Notes: generated by a model from the letters alone, not told the origin. 64,000 nucleotides of DNA from an uncultured Bifidobacteriaceae bacterium (GCA_964501785.1 CAZCUD010000010.1:66088-130087), one strand, 5' to 3'. Numbered from the stretch's first letter, positions 10,062 to 20,843 are shown. Made by a program: numbers and translations.

Positions 10062-11369
10062 ATGGCTGAACCCTCCGAACCCCGCGCGCCGGTGCGCGTC
10101 GGCCTCCTCGGCTGCGGCAACGTCGGCAGCGCCCTCGTCAGGCTCGTCGGTGAGAACGCAGACCTGCTCGCGGCGCGCGCCGGCGTCCCGATCGAGATCG
10201 TCCGCGTGCTCGTGCGCGACGCCGCCAAGCAGCGCGACGTCAAGCTCGCACCCGATGCCTTCACCGAGGACGGTGATGCAGTCGTCGGCGCTCCCGACGT
10301 CGACGTGGTCGTCGAGATGATGGGGGGCACCGAGCCGGCTCGGTCGCTGATCGTCGCCGCGCTCCGGGCGGGCAAGCCGGTCATCACCGCCAACAAGGAG
10401 CTGATCGCCCAGGACGGCCCCGAGCTGTTCGCGATCGCGGCCGACGCCGGCGTCGACCTGCTGTTCGAGGCGAGCGTCGCCGGTGGCATCCCGCTGCTGC
10501 GGCCGCTGCGCGAGTCGCTCGCCGGCGATCGGATCCGCCGCGTGCTCGGCATCGTCAACGGCACGACCAACTACATCCTCACCCGCATGACCGAGGAGGG
10601 CTCGACCTTCGCGGACGCCCTGGCGGAGGCCCAACGGCTCGGCTACGCCGAGCCCGACCCGACCGCCGACGTGGAGGGGCACGACGCGGCGTCGAAGGCC
10701 GCGATCATCGCGTCGATCGCGTTCGGTGCGCTCGTCGGTCCCGGCGACGTCTACTGCGAGGGGATCACCGGAGTCACGTCCGACGACATCGAGTCCGCGG
10801 CCACGCTCGGCTACGTCGTGAAGCTGCTCGCCGTGGCCGAGGAGCGCGAGGGCGAGGTCGCGGTGCGGGTGCACCCGGCGATGGTCCCGGTCCACCATCC
10901 GCTGGCATCGGTGCGCGAGTCGTTCAACGCGGTGTTCATCGAGGGGGAGGCGGTCGGCGAGCTCATGCTCTACGGCCGTGGCGCAGGCGGCGGGCCGACC
11001 GCGTCGGCGTTGCTCGGCGACCTGGTCGACGCCGTGAAGAACCTCGTCGGCGGCGGCAAGGGCGCCACGATCGGCGACCTCGTGGCCCGACCGATCCGCG
11101 CGATCGAGGACACCGAATCGCCCTTCTACCTCCTGCTCGAGGTCGCCGACCGTCCCGGCGTGCTCGCCGCGATCGCCGGCGAGTTCGGCGAGCACGGCGT
11201 CTCGATCAAGTCGATGGAGCAGCGCGGCCTCGGTGACGACGCCCGCTTGATCTTCATCACCCACCGCGCCCGCGAAGCCGACGTGCGCGCCACCCTCGAC
11301 CGGCTCCGCGGCGTGGAGGCCGTCCACCGAGTGGGCTCCGTGCTGCGCGTCGTCGGCGACGACGAGTGA
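10062..11369 (+). CDS. hom: Homoserine dehydrogenase
   Basis: GLLGCGNVGS Rossmann motif, ITANKELIA, NGTTNYILT, and a C-terminal ACT-like segment FYLLLEVADRPGVLAAIAGEFGEHGVSI. Canonical lysA-hom-thrC order. Confidence 0.9.
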   Translation: MAEPSEPRAPVRVGLLGCGNVGSALVRLVGENADLLAARAGVPIEIVRVLVRDAAKQRDVKLAPDAFTEDGDAVVGAPDVDVVVEMMGGTEPARSLIVAALRAGKPVITANKELIAQDGPELFAIAADAGVDLLFEASVAGGIPLLRPLRESLAGDRIRRVLGIVNGTTNYILTRMTEEGSTFADALAEAQRLGYAEPDPTADVEGHDAASKAAIIASIAFGALVGPGDVYCEGITGVTSDDIESAATLGYVVKLLAVAEEREGEVAVRVHPAMVPVHHPLASVRESFNAVFIEGEAVGELMLYGRGAGGGPTASALLGDLVDAVKNLVGGGKGATIGDLVARPIRAIEDTESPFYLLLEVADRPGVLAAIAGEFGEHGVSIKSMEQRGLGDDARLIFITHRAREADVRATLDRLRGVEAVHRVGSVLRVVGDDE

Positions 11370-11405
11370 CCGCGGGTCGATGACCACGCCACCGAAGGGG
11401 TCGCG

Positions 11406-12470
11406 GTGACGACCGCCGCCCGCTGGCCCGGCATCATCGAGGCGTACCGCGAGCACCTGCCCGTCACCGACGCCACTCCCGTCGTGACGCTGCTCGAGGG
11501 CAACACCCCGCTCGTCGACGCGCCCCGGCTCGCAGCCCAGGCGGGTGTCGCGCGCGCGCTGCTCAAGGTCGAGGGTGCGCTGCCCACCGGTTCGTTCAAG
11601 GACCGCGGCATGACGATGGCCGTGTCGAAGGCCGCGGAGAAGGGCGCCAAGGCCGTAATCTGCGCTTCGACCGGCAACACGTCGGCCGCCGCGGCGGCCT
11701 ACGCCGCGCGCGCCGGAATCATCTGCGCGGTGGTCCTGCCGGCCGGGCAGATCGCGCTCGGCAAGCTCGCGCAGGCGCTGATCCACGGCGCGCGGGTCGT
11801 CGCCATCCCCGACAACTTCGACGTGTGCCTCGACATCGTGCGCGAGCTCGGTGAGCGACCGGGTGTCGAGGTCGTGAACTCGGTGAACCCGTTCCGCATC
11901 GAGGGTCAGAAGAGCGCCGCGTTCGAGATCGTCGACGTGCTCGGTGATGCACCGACCGCGCACTGCATCCCGGTCGGGAACGCCGGCAACATCACCGCGT
12001 ACTGGAAGGGCTACTGCGAGTACCGCGAGCTGGGGCGAACCGAACGGGCCCCGCGGATGCTCGGCTGGCAGGCCGCGGGCGCCGCACCCATCGTCTCGGG
12101 GAAGCCGATCCGGCACCCCGAGACGCTGGCGACGGCGATCCAGATCGGGAACCCCGCGTCGTGGAAGCAGGCAGAAGCGGCGCGCGACGAGTCCGGCGGC
12201 CACATCGGCGCGGTGCTCGACGCGGAGATCCTCGAGGCGTACCGCCTGCTCGCGTCGGAAGAGGGCGTGTTCGTCGAGCCGGCGTCGGCCGCCGCCGTGG
12301 CCGGCCTCCTCGCCGCGGGGCGCGACGGCCTGGTCGACGCCGACGACGTCGTCGTGTGCACGGTGACCGGTCACGGCCTCAAGGACCCCCAGCGCGCGAT
12401 CGCCGAGGTCGAGCTCGGCGAGCCGGTCACCCCCGACGCGCGGGCGGTCGCGGAGGCGATCGGCCTCTGA
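11406..12470 (+). CDS. thrC: Threonine synthase
   Basis: PLP lysine motif [42 protein letters not shown]. Follows hom. Confidence 0.9.
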   Translation: MTTAARWPGIIEAYREHLPVTDATPVVTLLEGNTPLVDAPRLAAQAGVARALLKVEGALPTGSFKDRGMTMAVSKAAEKGAKAVICASTGNTSAAAAAYAARAGIICAVVLPAGQIALGKLAQALIHGARVVAIPDNFDVCLDIVRELGERPGVEVVNSVNPFRIEGQKSAAFEIVDVLGDAPTAHCIPVGNAGNITAYWKGYCEYRELGRTERAPRMLGWQAAGAAPIVSGKPIRHPETLATAIQIGNPASWKQAEAARDESGGHIGAVLDAEILEAYRLLASEEGVFVEPASAAAVAGLLAAGRDGLVDADDVVVCTVTGHGLKDPQRAIAEVELGEPVTPDARAVAEAIGL

Positions 12471-12533
12471 GCCCGGCCCGGCCTTCGGCGGGCCGCGGGC
12501 GGATCGAAGGCGACTCGACGTGGGAGGCGAGAG

Positions 12534-13319
12534 ATGGAACGGCCGACAGCTCTGGTGACCGGCGCCTCGGGCGGGATCGGCGCGGCCTTCGCGCGATCGC
12601 TCGCGGACCGGGGTCACGATCTCGTCGTCGTGTCCCGCACCCGGCACACCCTCGACGAGGTCGCCGGGCGGCTCCGAGCCGAGCACGGCGCCGCCGTCGA
12701 GGTGCTGGTCGCCGACCTCGAGACCCGCGACGGCGTCGAGACCGTCGCGACTCGGCTCGGCGAGCCCGATCGCCCGATCGAGCTGCTCGTCAACAACGCG
12801 GGGTTCGGCACGCACGGCCGCTTCCACGAGCTCCCCGTCGACGGAGAGCTCGCGATGCTCCAGCTGAACGTCGTCGCCCTCGTGCAGCTGACCCACGCCG
12901 CGCTCGGCCCCATGGTCGACCGCGGCCATGGTGGGGTGATCAACGTGTCGTCGGTCGGCGCGTACCAACCCACTCCCACGTACGCCACCTACAGCGCGAC
13001 GAAGTCGTTCGTCTCGAGCTTCAGCAACGCGGTGCACGAAGAGCTGCGCGGCACCGGCGTGAAGTGCATGGTCGTCGCCCCCGGCTTCACCCGCACCGAC
13101 TTCCACGAGCGCGCGCGCGTCGACGCGCGCGACCAGATCCCGGACTTCCTGTGGCAGTCGGCGGACGAGGTGGCCGAGACCTCCATGAAGGCCTACGAAC
13201 GGGGTCGAGCGGTGTGCATCCCGGGGCCGATGAACGGTGTGGCGGCTGCGTTCTCGACGGTGATGCCCGCGTCGGTGTCGCGGCGTGTGGCCGGGATCGT
13301 GTCGCACCGCACGCGCTGA
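12534..13319 (+). CDS. SDR family oxidoreductase
   Basis: TGASGGIGAAFA cofactor motif, NNAG, catalytic YSATKSF. 261 aa. Confidence 0.85.
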   Translation: MERPTALVTGASGGIGAAFARSLADRGHDLVVVSRTRHTLDEVAGRLRAEHGAAVEVLVADLETRDGVETVATRLGEPDRPIELLVNNAGFGTHGRFHELPVDGELAMLQLNVVALVQLTHAALGPMVDRGHGGVINVSSVGAYQPTPTYATYSATKSFVSSFSNAVHEELRGTGVKCMVVAPGFTRTDFHERARVDARDQIPDFLWQSADEVAETSMKAYERGRAVCIPGPMNGVAAAFSTVMPASVSRRVAGIVSHRTR

Positions 13320-13334
13320 CGAGCGCGCGGTCGG

Positions 13335-14288
13335 TCAGTCGAGGCTGCGGGCCGTGGCGCGTGCTGCGGCCTCGATGGGCGAGGCCCCCGCCGCGATGCC
13401 GTGACGGTGGTCGTGGCCGCTCGCGTCGACGAGGGCGACGGCGACCACGAACCGGCCGTCGGCGGTCGTCTCGACGGTGCGGGCCCACGCGGGGGCGAAG
13501 CGCAGCCCGGGCGCGACCTGCTCGATGCCGAGCAGCACCGCTTCGACCGCGCCGGCCAGACCGTGGGCGAGTGGCGCTCGTCCCACGGCGCGTGCACCGG
13601 CGACCGCGACGTGGGTCTCGATCTCACCGTCCTCGGGGACGCTCCGCACGGCCAGCAGCTCGATGCCGGGGTGCGTGGCCGGCAGCGCCGGATCGGCGTC
13701 CGGACCGTTCGCCCGGAGCGGCGGGGCCGAACCGACGGCGTGCTCGCCTCGCACGACCTCGACGACGAGCGGCGTGCCGGGCTCCGACGCGAGCTCGCGT
13801 GCTGCGAGGCGTCCGAGGTCGTCGGGGGCGTCATCGGCGGCGTGGACGCGCACGAGGGTCAGGTCGTGGTCGCGCTCGACCGCCACCGCGTACACGCCCG
13901 GGAGCCGGCGGAGTGCGAGCTCGCCGGTCGGGTGAGCGCTGTCGCGCAGCACGTCGACCCGCAGGCTCGCCGCGCAGAGCGCGACGAGCAGGTCGTCGTC
14001 GAGCACGTCCGGGGCGAGGGCCGGCTCGGCGAGGACGCCGGGTCCGGAGGCGGTGAGCCCCGTCGGGATCGTGCCGGCACCGGCGCGGAAGGCTTGTCGA
14101 CCGAGGTCGGGATCGTCGACCACCACGGTGAGCGCTCGCAGGTCGTGGCGAGCGACGAGCCGCTCGAGGTGCGAGCGCAGCCCGTTGAGCCCCACCTCGG
14201 CGGGGGCGTCGGACGCGGTCCAGCCCGGCATCGGGTCCGACGGGTCGTGCGTCGTCTCTGAGTGGCGCGAGGGGTGATCGGCGGTCAC
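13335..14288 (-). CDS. Hypothetical protein (no family recognised)
   Basis: Long ORF with protein-like composition, whereas the opposite-strand ORF 13401..14261 looks like a GC shadow. The start is ambiguous: GTG 14288 lies 1 nt after the stop of the upstream SDR, and ATG 14231 is the alternative. Confidence 0.5.
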   Translation of the reverse strand: MTADHPSRHSETTHDPSDPMPGWTASDAPAEVGLNGLRSHLERLVARHDLRALTVVVDDPDLGRQAFRAGAGTIPTGLTASGPGVLAEPALAPDVLDDDLLVALCAASLRVDVLRDSAHPTGELALRRLPGVYAVAVERDHDLTLVRVHAADDAPDDLGRLAARELASEPGTPLVVEVVRGEHAVGSAPPLRANGPDADPALPATHPGIELLAVRSVPEDGEIETHVAVAGARAVGRAPLAHGLAGAVEAVLLGIEQVAPGLRFAPAWARTVETTADGRFVVAVALVDASGHDHRHGIAAGASPIEAAARATARSLD

Positions 14289-14289
14289 G

Positions 14290-15093
14290 TCAGCTCGTGC
14301 TCCAGGTGATGTCGTCGCGCAGGCCCGGCGGGGTGCGACCCCGGGCGGCCTCGGTGCGCGGACCGGGCACGTTGCGGAACTCGTACGGCACGGCTTCCCG
14401 GCCGGGCTGACAGACGAAGCACTGTCCGGTGGCTCCCGAGGTGATGGCTTCGATGACTGCATCGGCGACCTGGCGCGGCGGCATGAGCGGGAAGTCCATG
14501 TCGGCGAAGGTCGCCTTCGCCTCGTCGCTGAGGATGTTGGTGTCGGTCATCCCCGGGTTCACGCAGTTCGCGGTGATGTCCAGCGGCGCCAGCGTGGGTG
14601 CGACGGAGCGCACGAGCCCGACGACGGCGTGCTTCGAGGCGTCGTAGATCGGGTCGGGCGGGAAGGGGACGATGCCGGCGAGCGAGGCGGTCGCGACGAC
14701 GGCGCCCCCGCCGCGCGCCTGCATCGCTCGGATCGAGGCGCGCAGCCCGTACACGACGCCGTCGACGTTGACCCGCATGATCCGGCGGTAGGTCGCGCCG
14801 TCGAGCTGGGTGAGATCGGCCACGCCGATCGCGATCCCGGCGTTGAGGAAGGCGATGTCGACGCCGCCCAGCTCGCGCGTGCACCGATCGAAGGCGGCAT
14901 CGACCTGGTCGGGATCCCCGACGTCGGCCGCGTGCGCCAGGCCCTCGAACGCGCCGGCGGCCGCGTGGGCGCCGGTCTCGTCGAGATCGACGACGAACAC
15001 CTTCGCGCCCTCCTCGTGCAGGCGCTCCACCGTCGCCAGCCCGATCCCCGACGCGCCGCCGGTCACCAGTGCGACCTTGCCCCGTACCTCCAT
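14290..15093 (-). CDS. SDR family oxidoreductase
   Basis: GKVALVTGGASGIGLA, NAGI, catalytic YDASKHAVVG. 267 aa. Confidence 0.85.
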   Translation of the reverse strand: MEVRGKVALVTGGASGIGLATVERLHEEGAKVFVVDLDETGAHAAAGAFEGLAHAADVGDPDQVDAAFDRCTRELGGVDIAFLNAGIAIGVADLTQLDGATYRRIMRVNVDGVVYGLRASIRAMQARGGGAVVATASLAGIVPFPPDPIYDASKHAVVGLVRSVAPTLAPLDITANCVNPGMTDTNILSDEAKATFADMDFPLMPPRQVADAVIEAITSGATGQCFVCQPGREAVPYEFRNVPGPRTEAARGRTPPGLRDDITWSTS

Positions 15094-15114
15094 CGCCCCG
15101 CCCGCTCCTCCGAC

Positions 15115-16554
15115 CTAGAGCTGCACGACGACGAGTCGTGGCTCGGTCATCTCCTCGACGGCGTACTTGGGACCCTCCCGCGTGTTCCCGGAGTCGCGCA
15201 GGCCGCCATAGGGCATCTGATCGGTGCGGAACGTCGGGACCTCGTTGACGAGCACGCCCCCGAAGTCGAGCTGTTGCACCGCCTGGAGCGCCTTCGAGAG
15301 GTCGGCGGTGAAGATCGCGGCCTGGAGCCCGTAGCGGGTGTCGTTCGCGAGCGCGATGGCCTCGTCGAGGCGACGGTAGCGCTGCACACCGACGACGGGG
15401 CCGAACACCTCGAGCGAGCAGATCTTCATGTCGGACGCGACGTCGGTGAGGACCGTCGGCTCGAGGACGCCGTCGCGGACCGTGCCGCCGGTCGCGACCT
15501 TGGCGCCGGCGGCGGTCGCTTCCTCGATCCATCCGGCGACTCGGTCGCGCTCGGCCTGCGAGATCAGGGCCGAGACGTCGGTCTCGGGATCGAGCGGATC
15601 GCCGACCACGAGCGACTCCACGCGGGGCACGAGCTCGGCGAGGAACGCGTCGCCGAGGTCCTCGTGCACGTAGACCCGCTGGGTCGAGATGCACGACTGG
15701 CCCGCGTGGCTGAACCCCGCCACCGCGATCTTCGTGGCCGCGGTGACGACGTCGGCGTCGGGCTCGATGATGACGGGCGCGTTGTTGCCGAGCTCGAGGC
15801 CGACCTTCTTGCGGGGCGCCTTCGCCTTGATGTCCCACCCGACCTCCGGGGAGCCGGTGAAGGTGATCATGGCGATGCCCTCGTGCTCGACGATCGCACT
15901 GCCGACCGAGCCGCCGCTCCCGGTGACGAGGTTGAGGTGCCCTGGCGGGAGCCCGCACTCGTCGAGCAGCAGCTCCGCCAGCGCGATGGCCGAGATCGGC
16001 GTCTGCGAGGCCGGCTTGAGCACGACCGGGCAGCCCGCGGCGATCGCGGGTGCGACCTTGTGGGCCACGAGGTTCAGCGGGAAGTTGAACGGGCTGATCG
16101 CGCCGACCACCCCGATCGGGCGGCGGAGGGTGAACCCGAGCTTCCCGGCGCCCGCGTCGCTGGCCTCCATCGGCACGATCTCGCCGGCGAGGTCACGGGC
16201 GGCGAGCGCGGAGAAGGTGAAGGTCGAGACTGCCCGCGACGCCTCGACCGTCGCGGTCTTGATCGGCTTCGCGGCCTCCTCGGCGATGATGCGGGCGAAC
16301 TCGTCGACGCGCTCGCGGAGCGCGTGCGCGGCGGTGTCGAGGATCTCGGCCCGCTTCCAGGCGGGGAGCGGGTCGTCGTGCAGTGCGGCCGTCGCCGCGG
16401 CGACCGCGCGATCGACCTCGGTCGGCCCGCATGCCGGCACCCGGGCGATCTCGTGACCGTCGTACGGGGAGCGCACGGTGATCGTCTCGCCCGACCCGGA
16501 GGCCGCGATGCGATCCGCGCCGATCGGGAGTGCCCGGACGTCACCTGCGGCCAT
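15115..16554 (-). CDS. NAD(P)-dependent aldehyde dehydrogenase
   Basis: ALDH blocks FTGSPEVGW, ELGNNAP, GQSCISTQR (catalytic Cys), EVFGPV. 479 aa. Confidence 0.9.
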   Translation of the reverse strand: MAAGDVRALPIGADRIAASGSGETITVRSPYDGHEIARVPACGPTEVDRAVAAATAALHDDPLPAWKRAEILDTAAHALRERVDEFARIIAEEAAKPIKTATVEASRAVSTFTFSALAARDLAGEIVPMEASDAGAGKLGFTLRRPIGVVGAISPFNFPLNLVAHKVAPAIAAGCPVVLKPASQTPISAIALAELLLDECGLPPGHLNLVTGSGGSVGSAIVEHEGIAMITFTGSPEVGWDIKAKAPRKKVGLELGNNAPVIIEPDADVVTAATKIAVAGFSHAGQSCISTQRVYVHEDLGDAFLAELVPRVESLVVGDPLDPETDVSALISQAERDRVAGWIEEATAAGAKVATGGTVRDGVLEPTVLTDVASDMKICSLEVFGPVVGVQRYRRLDEAIALANDTRYGLQAAIFTADLSKALQAVQQLDFGGVLVNEVPTFRTDQMPYGGLRDSGNTREGPKYAVEEMTEPRLVVVQL

Positions 16555-16645
16555 GCGGCCAGGCTAGCGATGCGCCGTGCTCGCCGGTTCGAGAGCGCGA
16601 CACAATGGGTAGGAGCCACCTCGACCGTCGAGATCGAGAGGACCT

Positions 16646-17263
16646 GTGATGAGCGACGTCTACACGCTGCCCGAGCTCGGCTACGACTACGGCGCGCTGG
16701 AGCCGCACCTGTCCGCGACGCTGCTCGAGCTGCATCACGGCAAGCACCACGCGGCGTACGTCAAGGGTGCGAACACGACGCTCGAGAAGCTCGCGAACGC
16801 GCGCCGGGAGGACAGCTTCGACACGATCAACCAGCTGCAGAAGAACCTGGCCTTCCACGTCTCGGGTCACATCCTGCACTCGGTGTTCTGGACCAACATG
16901 AGCCCCGACGGCGGCGGCAAGCCCGAGGGCGACCTCGCGGCCGCGATCGACGAGAGCCTCGGATCGTTCGAGGGCTTCAAGCAGCAGCTCAGCGAGGCGG
17001 CGGTCAACGTGCAGGGCTCGGGGTGGGGCACGTTGGCGTGGGAGCCGATGGCCCAGCGGCTCGTCGTGGAGCAGGTGTACGACCATCAGGGCAACATCGG
17101 CAACGGCACGGTGCCGCTGATGGTGCTCGACATGTGGGAGCACGCCTACTACCTCGACTACAAGAACGTGAAGGGCGACTGGGTCGAGGCGTTCTGGCAG
17201 ATCGTCGCCTGGCCCGACGTCGCGGCGCGCTTCGAGCGCGTGCGCGACCTGCAGCTCGTCTGA
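16646..17263 (+). CDS. sodA: Fe/Mn superoxide dismutase
   Basis: [42 protein letters not shown]. The start is GTG 16646 or the adjacent ATG 16649. Confidence 0.95.
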   Translation: MMSDVYTLPELGYDYGALEPHLSATLLELHHGKHHAAYVKGANTTLEKLANARREDSFDTINQLQKNLAFHVSGHILHSVFWTNMSPDGGGKPEGDLAAAIDESLGSFEGFKQQLSEAAVNVQGSGWGTLAWEPMAQRLVVEQVYDHQGNIGNGTVPLMVLDMWEHAYYLDYKNVKGDWVEAFWQIVAWPDVAARFERVRDLQLV

Positions 17264-17267
17264 CCGC

Positions 17268-17300
17268 CGTCAGGAGGCGCCGCTCCGCAGCCTTCTGACG
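17268..17300 (+). terminator. Possible stem-loop terminator after sodA
   Basis: CGTCAGGAGG (17268-17277) pairs with CCTTCTGACG (17291-17300), including one G-U pair, around a 13-nt loop. It starts 5 nt after the stop. There is no U tract. Confidence 0.3.
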
Positions 17301-17332
17301 CCTGCGCGTGGCTGCCCGGTAGCCTCACGGAC

Positions 17333-17830
17333 ATGCCGGATGCGACGCCGACCGACCAGCACGTCGAGCAGGTGTGGGAGACGCCCCCGCGCGACGAGAT
17401 CCCCAAGCTCAGCGAAGCGCACGTCCAGGCCATGGAGTCGATGGACGACGAGTCCATGGTCTGGGAGCAGGCGGGGATGCAGCACGTCCTGTTGCGGACC
17501 GTCGGCCGGAAGTCGGGCAACGAGCACAAGGTGGCCCTTCCCACCTGGAACGATCCGGAGGGGCGGCGCGTCGTCGTCGCGTCCTTCGCCGGCTCGCCGG
17601 GCCATCCGGCGTGGTACCTGAACCTGTCGGACCGCACGGCGAACCCCGAGGTGCTCTGCACGGTGCGCGGCGGGCGACGGTTCTGGTCGGAGCACGAGAT
17701 CCTCGAAGGCGACGAGTACGACCGGATCTGGGGCCTCCTCACGACCGACCGGGCCTGGTACACGACCTACCAGTCGAAGACGGAGCGGCGCATCCCGCTC
17801 GTTCGCCTGCCGGAGACGCGCGAGGCCTGA
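17333..17830 (+). CDS. Deazaflavin (F420H2)-dependent nitroreductase/quinone reductase family protein
   Basis: LLRTVGRKSGNEHKVALP ... VVVASFAGSPGHPAWYLNLSDRTANPEV matches the Ddn-like (DUF385) core. Confidence 0.75.
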   Translation: MPDATPTDQHVEQVWETPPRDEIPKLSEAHVQAMESMDDESMVWEQAGMQHVLLRTVGRKSGNEHKVALPTWNDPEGRRVVVASFAGSPGHPAWYLNLSDRTANPEVLCTVRGGRRFWSEHEILEGDEYDRIWGLLTTDRAWYTTYQSKTERRIPLVRLPETREA

Positions 17831-17834
17831 ATCG

Positions 17835-19073
17835 GTGAGGAGCCGACCGTCGCGGTTGCGGGGGATCATCGGGACGCTCCGCTCGGTGATGCGGTTCGAG
17901 CCGATCGAGCTCGATGCCGTCACGCGTCGCCTGCGCCGGGCTGCGTCGATCGCCGACCTGCGGCACCTCGCGAAGCGTCGGCTCCCGCGCGGGGTCTTCG
18001 ACTACATCGACGGCGGTGCCGAGGACGAGCGCACGCTCGCCGAGAACGTGCGCGGGTTCGCTCGCGTCACGTTCCGGCCACGTGTCCTGCGCGACGTGGC
18101 GGTGATCGATCCCAGCACGTCGATCCTCGGTCGTGAGGTCCCGATCCCGCTCGCGCTCTCCCCGACCGGGTTCAACCGCATCGCTGACCCTGCAGGTGAG
18201 CTCGCCGTGGCGCGTGCCGCGCAGCGGGCCGGGCTGCCGTACGCGCTCTCGACGCTCGGGACGCGCTCGATCGAAGAGGTCGCGGCGGTGGGCTCCGGCC
18301 GTCGGTGGTTCCAGGTGTACGTGTGGAACGACCGAGGCCTGGTGAAGGAGATGATCGGTCGCGCCGAGGATGCGGGCTACGAGGCGCTCATCCTGACGGT
18401 CGACACCGCGGTGCAGGGTCGACGCGAGCGCGACGTGCGCCACGGCTTCGTGCTCCCGCCGAAGCTCGGGCTCGACACCTTGCTCGACGGCATCCTCCAT
18501 GCGAGCTGGACCTGGGACTTCGTGCGCGCCGACCCGATCCGATTCGCGAACGTCGTCGGGCGCGGCGTCGCGGACGGGACCGAGGCCGTGGCGCTCGCCG
18601 ACGTGATGAACGACCAGTTCGACTCGTCGGTCGGCTGGGACGACGTCGACTGGCTGCGGTCGGTCTGGGACGGTCCCGTGATCGTGAAGGGGATCCAGAC
18701 CGTCGACGACGCGCGGATCGCCGCCGATCGGGGGATCGACGCCATCGCCCTGTCGAACCACGGTGGCCGACAGCTCGACGGTGCACCGGCCCCCATCGAC
18801 CTCGTCGTCCCCGTCACGGATGCCGTCGGGGGCTCGATCGAGGTGTGGTGCGACGGGGGCGTCCGCCGGGGGAGCGACATCGTCAAAGCGGTCGCGCTCG
18901 GCGCGACCGCGTGCACGATCGGGCGGGCCTACCTGTACGGGCTGGAAGCGGCGGGCGAGCGCGGCGTCGACCATGCGCTCGGTCTGCTGGCCGACGGCGT
19001 GCGGCGCACGATGGCCCTCCTGGGCGTCACGACGATCCGCGACCTCTCGCGCGAGCACGTCTCCGTTCCCTGA
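17835..19073 (+). CDS. FMN-dependent alpha-hydroxy-acid dehydrogenase/oxidase (LldD-like)
   Basis: FDYIDGGAEDERT, SPTGFNRIA, TVDTAVQGRRERD, SNHGGRQLDG, GGVRRGSDIVKAVALGA. Confidence 0.85.
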   Translation: MRSRPSRLRGIIGTLRSVMRFEPIELDAVTRRLRRAASIADLRHLAKRRLPRGVFDYIDGGAEDERTLAENVRGFARVTFRPRVLRDVAVIDPSTSILGREVPIPLALSPTGFNRIADPAGELAVARAAQRAGLPYALSTLGTRSIEEVAAVGSGRRWFQVYVWNDRGLVKEMIGRAEDAGYEALILTVDTAVQGRRERDVRHGFVLPPKLGLDTLLDGILHASWTWDFVRADPIRFANVVGRGVADGTEAVALADVMNDQFDSSVGWDDVDWLRSVWDGPVIVKGIQTVDDARIAADRGIDAIALSNHGGRQLDGAPAPIDLVVPVTDAVGGSIEVWCDGGVRRGSDIVKAVALGATACTIGRAYLYGLEAAGERGVDHALGLLADGVRRTMALLGVTTIRDLSREHVSVP

Positions 19074-19092
19074 CGCATCAGGGGAACGTCGG

Positions 19093-19980
19093 CTACTCGG
19101 GCTCGAAGGGTCCCTTGCCCATCTGCTCGCGCACCGTGACGACCGGTGGGTTGGTGAGCGTCCGACGCTGCCAGTTGGCACCGTCGACGACGAGGGTGTG
19201 ACCCGAGATGAACCGCGCGTACGGCGAGGCGAGGAAGGTCGCGGCCCATCCGAGCTCCTGGCGCTGACCGACGCGCAGCGCAGGCTGGCACGAGTCCTTG
19301 TCGTGGGTGCGCTGGAGGTTGCCCTGGATGTCGGCCGTCATGTCCTCGTGCGGGAAGAGCCCCGGCACGAGCCCGTTCACCTGGATCCCGTACGGCCCCC
19401 ACTCCACCGCGAGGGTCTCGGTGAGGTTCTTCACGCCGGCCTTGGCGGCCGCGGAGTGGGCGAAGCCCGGCCCGCCCGTCCATGCGTAGGACGCGCCGAC
19501 GTTCACGATCGAACCGGGCGTGCCCGCGCTCAGGTGACGTCGACCGAACTCGCGCGAGCACAGGTAGGTGCCGGTCAGCGTGATGTCGACGACGGTGCGC
19601 CAGGCGTTGGGCGACATGTCCTCCGCCGGCACGGGGAAGTTCGCGGCGGCGTTGTTGACCAGGACGCCCGGCAGCGAGAACCGCTCTTGCGCCGCGTCGA
19701 ACATGGCGGCGATCGAGTCGGCCTCGCGGATGTCGCACGAGACCGCGAGCACGGGCGCGCCGATCTCCTCGATCGCAGCCTGGCCGGCCTCGAGGTGCTC
19801 GGCCTTCCGGCTCCCGATGACGATCGACGCTCCGAGGCGAGCGAACTCGGAGGCGATGGCCTTGCCGAGGCCGGTGCCCGCCCCGGTGACCACGACGCAG
19901 GTGCCGTCGAAGTCGCCCGGCTTGAGTGCCGTTTCGCCGACCGGTGGTGGCGCCGGCAGTCCGATGGTGTCCACAGTCAT
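19093..19980 (-). CDS. SDR family oxidoreductase (2,4-dienoyl-CoA reductase-like)
   Basis: The internal ATG at 19980 overlaps the stop of the upstream crotonase (ATGA). VVVTGAGTGLGKAIA, NNAA, SAAAKAGVKN. The 463-aa extension was rejected. Confidence 0.85.
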   Translation of the reverse strand: MTVDTIGLPAPPPVGETALKPGDFDGTCVVVTGAGTGLGKAIASEFARLGASIVIGSRKAEHLEAGQAAIEEIGAPVLAVSCDIREADSIAAMFDAAQERFSLPGVLVNNAAANFPVPAEDMSPNAWRTVVDITLTGTYLCSREFGRRHLSAGTPGSIVNVGASYAWTGGPGFAHSAAAKAGVKNLTETLAVEWGPYGIQVNGLVPGLFPHEDMTADIQGNLQRTHDKDSCQPALRVGQRQELGWAATFLASPYARFISGHTLVVDGANWQRRTLTNPPVVTVREQMGKGPFEPE

Positions 19981-20765
19981 CAGCTCCCCGTGTAGCGCGC
20001 GTCGCGCTCTTCCGCGCGGGCGGCGCGCATCTCGGCCATGTCGTCGCTGCGGCTGATGAAGGTCTGGTAGATCATCTCGTCGTTCATCGACGATCGGATC
20101 TGCGGTTGCGCGAGGTGACGGATCACCTCGCGTGCCATCTTCACCGTCACGGCCGGGGACGACGCGATCTGGTCGGCGATCTCCCGCACCGTCGCGTCGA
20201 GCTCGTCGGCGGGCACGACGCGACTCACGACTCCGTGGGCGAGCGCCTCCTCGGCCGAGAGGATCCTCCCCGTCAGCACCATGTCGCTCACGAGGCCGTG
20301 ACCGCACATCTCGTAGAGCACCGCGACGCCGCCGGTGTCGGGGATGACCCCATAGGTGACCTCGGGCAGACGGAAGCGCGTGCCCTCCGCGGCGACCCGG
20401 ATGTCGCAGAGCAGCGCGCGCTGGAACGAGCCGCCCATCACCCACCCTTTGCACGCCACGATGATCGGCGCGTCGATGTCCCACACCTGCTGGATCCCGC
20501 GGTGACCGCGCCGCATGAGCTCGTGGTGCGAGAGCTCGACCTTCAGGTTGCCGATCGAGCCGACGTCTCGTCCCGACGAGAACGACTTCCCCTCGCCACG
20601 CCAGATGACCGCGCGGACCTCGGGGTGGGCCTTGATCTCGGCGAGCACGCCGAAGAGCTCGGCGTCCATCTCGTCGTCGAACGCGTTGTGCTTGTCGGGG
20701 TTGTCGTTGGTGATCGTCGCGATCTTGCCGTCGATCTCGAGCTGCACTCGCTTGCTGTCAGGCAT
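19980..20765 (-). CDS. Enoyl-CoA hydratase/isomerase (crotonase) family protein
   Basis: AVIWRGEGKSFSSGRD and ACKGWVMGGSFQRALLCDIRVAAEG crotonase blocks. Confidence 0.85.
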   Translation of the reverse strand: MPDSKRVQLEIDGKIATITNDNPDKHNAFDDEMDAELFGVLAEIKAHPEVRAVIWRGEGKSFSSGRDVGSIGNLKVELSHHELMRRGHRGIQQVWDIDAPIIVACKGWVMGGSFQRALLCDIRVAAEGTRFRLPEVTYGVIPDTGGVAVLYEMCGHGLVSDMVLTGRILSAEEALAHGVVSRVVPADELDATVREIADQIASSPAVTVKMAREVIRHLAQPQIRSSMNDEMIYQTFISRSDDMAEMRAARAEERDARYTGS

Positions 20766-20843
20766 GGAGGCGTGAGTCTACGGAGGGGGTGATCGGCGCG
20801 GGGGACGACGCGGGGAGGGCGGTCCGCGGCGGGCGCCCGGACT

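Noticed and set aside
12471-12533. Absence of thrB after thrC, and a GC-rich imperfect hairpin after the thrC stop
   Set aside because: thrB is simply not adjacent here, which is common variation. The hairpin arms pair imperfectly and I could not support a terminator call.
8562-13307. 1581-aa minus-strand ORF spanning lysA, hom, thrC and the SDR gene
   Set aside because: It is antisense to four plus-strand genes with clear family motifs. Its composition (R, G, D, H, V rich) is shadow-like, not protein-like.
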